Of a DNA stretch of 64,000 bases, positions 62,321 to 64,000 are shown in pieces. This DNA comes from Octopus sinensis (taxonomy: Eukaryota): positions 89,156,001-89,220,000 of the forward strand of contig NC_042999.1 of assembly GCF_006345805.1 (NCBI RefSeq). Reading direction: 5' to 3'. The position numbers were made by a program, and so were the translations under genes. The first letter of the stretch is position 1. The number at the start of each line of letters is the position of its first letter. Under the pieces are notes generated by a model. That model saw only the letters and a program-made list of their open reading frames with translations, made no database searches and was not told the origin of the DNA.

Positions 62321-63899
62321 TCTGTCTATGTCTGAAGATATACAATATCTATATATTTTTATCTGCATATAGTCTTATATGAACCATAAAATAGTAGAAC
62401 AACATCCTAATAATCTTTAACAAAGCTATATACACAAATAATCTTGATCTGTCACAAGAAAATCTTTAACCAGCCCAAATTGCTATTTAAATATGATACA
62501 TCATCAGCCGCAGGAATCACTATTCAACTTTCCTTATAACGACTCACTATGCAGACAGGCCTGAGTGAAAGCAATGATAAAATTTCCTTATAAAATCAGA
62601 CTGGCTGTATTTAACATGCTTTTCTATTGTCCTTCTCAACCCCCTTCCTATTCAACAACTTCTGTCTGTCATACTCACTTATACCACTCCTAATTTTCAT
62701 GTTTTGATCCAATCACCAAAGAAACACTCTACCTAAAACAGAATATGTACGGCTCGAACTTTACAACAATCTGATAACGGCGAGTAAGCCGAAGCTTCAA
62801 AGTAACTGTCAACATTTTTCGTGAAGAAATTTATGTGTGTGCGTATATGCTCTGCATTTTAAATTGATGTAATGATTGCATTGTTTAATTAAATAGAGTT
62901 GCATGAAACGATCGTACTGCATTACCTCTGGATATCCTTGTTGCTTATTTTGATTAATGTATATACATATATAGTTACACACACACACAAACACACACAC
63001 ACACACAACAAGTATATATAATACTATATATGTGTGTCACAGTATGTGTGTTTACTTGTGTGTGCGTAAGTTGTCACTCGATAGTGGATACCACGTCCGT
63101 AGTGAGATGGATGTTGAATAGTCTGTTACATACCAATCAGGACCGTAATCAGGACCAGAATCCATATCAAATGGCAAAACAGACTGAAAGTTCTGCCCGA
63201 CTCTGGCACTGAACCAGACTGATATGATACTTATAACTGAAGTGAAGTAATGTAAAGTAAAGTGTTTGGCTTTGAAACATAACTAATGACAACTGTAGAT
63301 GTGTGCACGTTTTCTATCTTTGGCATAGTTTTAGGGCGTCCGCACTGTTTAATATATATTTATTTTATCGGCCTTACGAAAATATAAATAAATGCTATCT
63401 ATTTAGGTAGTTTGAAATTATTTTTAATTATAGATCATACAATTGCTATCCACTATGACGTCTGATGATAGTAACTTTCATCAATCCCATCCGAGAAAGA
63501 TCTCACAACTTCTCCCTAGAACTCACAATCCTGCTATACTACACTTAGATCTTGCACTTCATTTTACGAATATTTGGTATTACGCTAGATATTCGTAACA
63601 TCAATAGCAATTTTTCTCAAACTTAACCAAGATATCCAATGCATATACGATACCCCTTTTGCAAAAGCAGTGTTTAGCAAATTAGACTCTACGCACTTCA
63701 GTTTTTGTAACATGAATGACAAAGTACTGTAAATTTGTTGTAGTATTGGGTATGCTTTCCACGAACGATTTTGTACTTAACGTTGAAGTCGATTATAGGA
63801 AGTATTCATGTTTCAGAGTCACGCAAGAGTAGTGGCTCAACAATGGGAGCAAGAAAGATATTGATGTGAAAGGTCTGTCTTAAATCAAATGTCTACAAA

Positions 63900-64000
63900 C
63901 TGATTTCAAATTTTGGCACAAGGCCAGCAATTTCGAGGACTGGAGTAACTTGATTGCATCGATTCCAGTGTCCATCCAACTGGTACATATTTTGTCGACT
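63900..64000 (-). mobile_element. SINE A tail, running off the window
   Basis: tttcaaattttggcacaaggccagcaatttcg...aactggtac. Confidence 0.7.

Noticed and set aside
62870-62925. GAAACGATCGTA half-hammerhead
   Set aside because: No valid 5' core box and no helix I partner
63459-63510. HHR-like CTGATGA...GAAA-GATC-TC
   Set aside because: Helix I only 2 bp and helix II unpaired; compatible with chance

Overview
Eukaryotic, AT-rich, repeat-saturated DNA. The SINE families, dense (TA)n/(CA)n/(GATA)n/(TAA)n arrays and element mix look like an octopus (coleoid cephalopod) intron or intergenic region; this taxonomic call is inference from recalled repeat families, not a search result. No intact host gene can be supported, and nearly all long ORFs in the track are microsatellite read-throughs or decayed transposon fragments. 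Recognisable content: four decayed Tx1-clade LINE copies plus a relic; R4/Dong-clade RLE retrotransposon fragments stacked in two same-orientation nests inside (TAA)n arrays; four mariner pieces, one maT-like relic and a full-length decayed DD36E Tc1 element; Helitron fragments; and more than 25 SINE copies of about five families. The main unexplained signal is a set of unique islands, mostly inside (TA)n tracts, carrying type I hammerhead ribozyme (HHR) folds read by eye at 7679, 12153/12369, 13148, 13358, 15617, 19302 and 23932. Most have palindromic helix III, as known for Penelope-like element (PLE) pseudo-LTRs. Four of these elements have enlarged helix II loops (38-89 nt), and three independent ones share a CCGANGA (U4C) core. 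Several sit in long fold-back palindromes, and an LTR-like 445-bp direct-repeat element carries a circularly permuted HHR-like motif in each repeat. The SINE family A 3' module matches the Tx1 3' end. All folds and alignments were done manually and need computational and biochemical confirmation.
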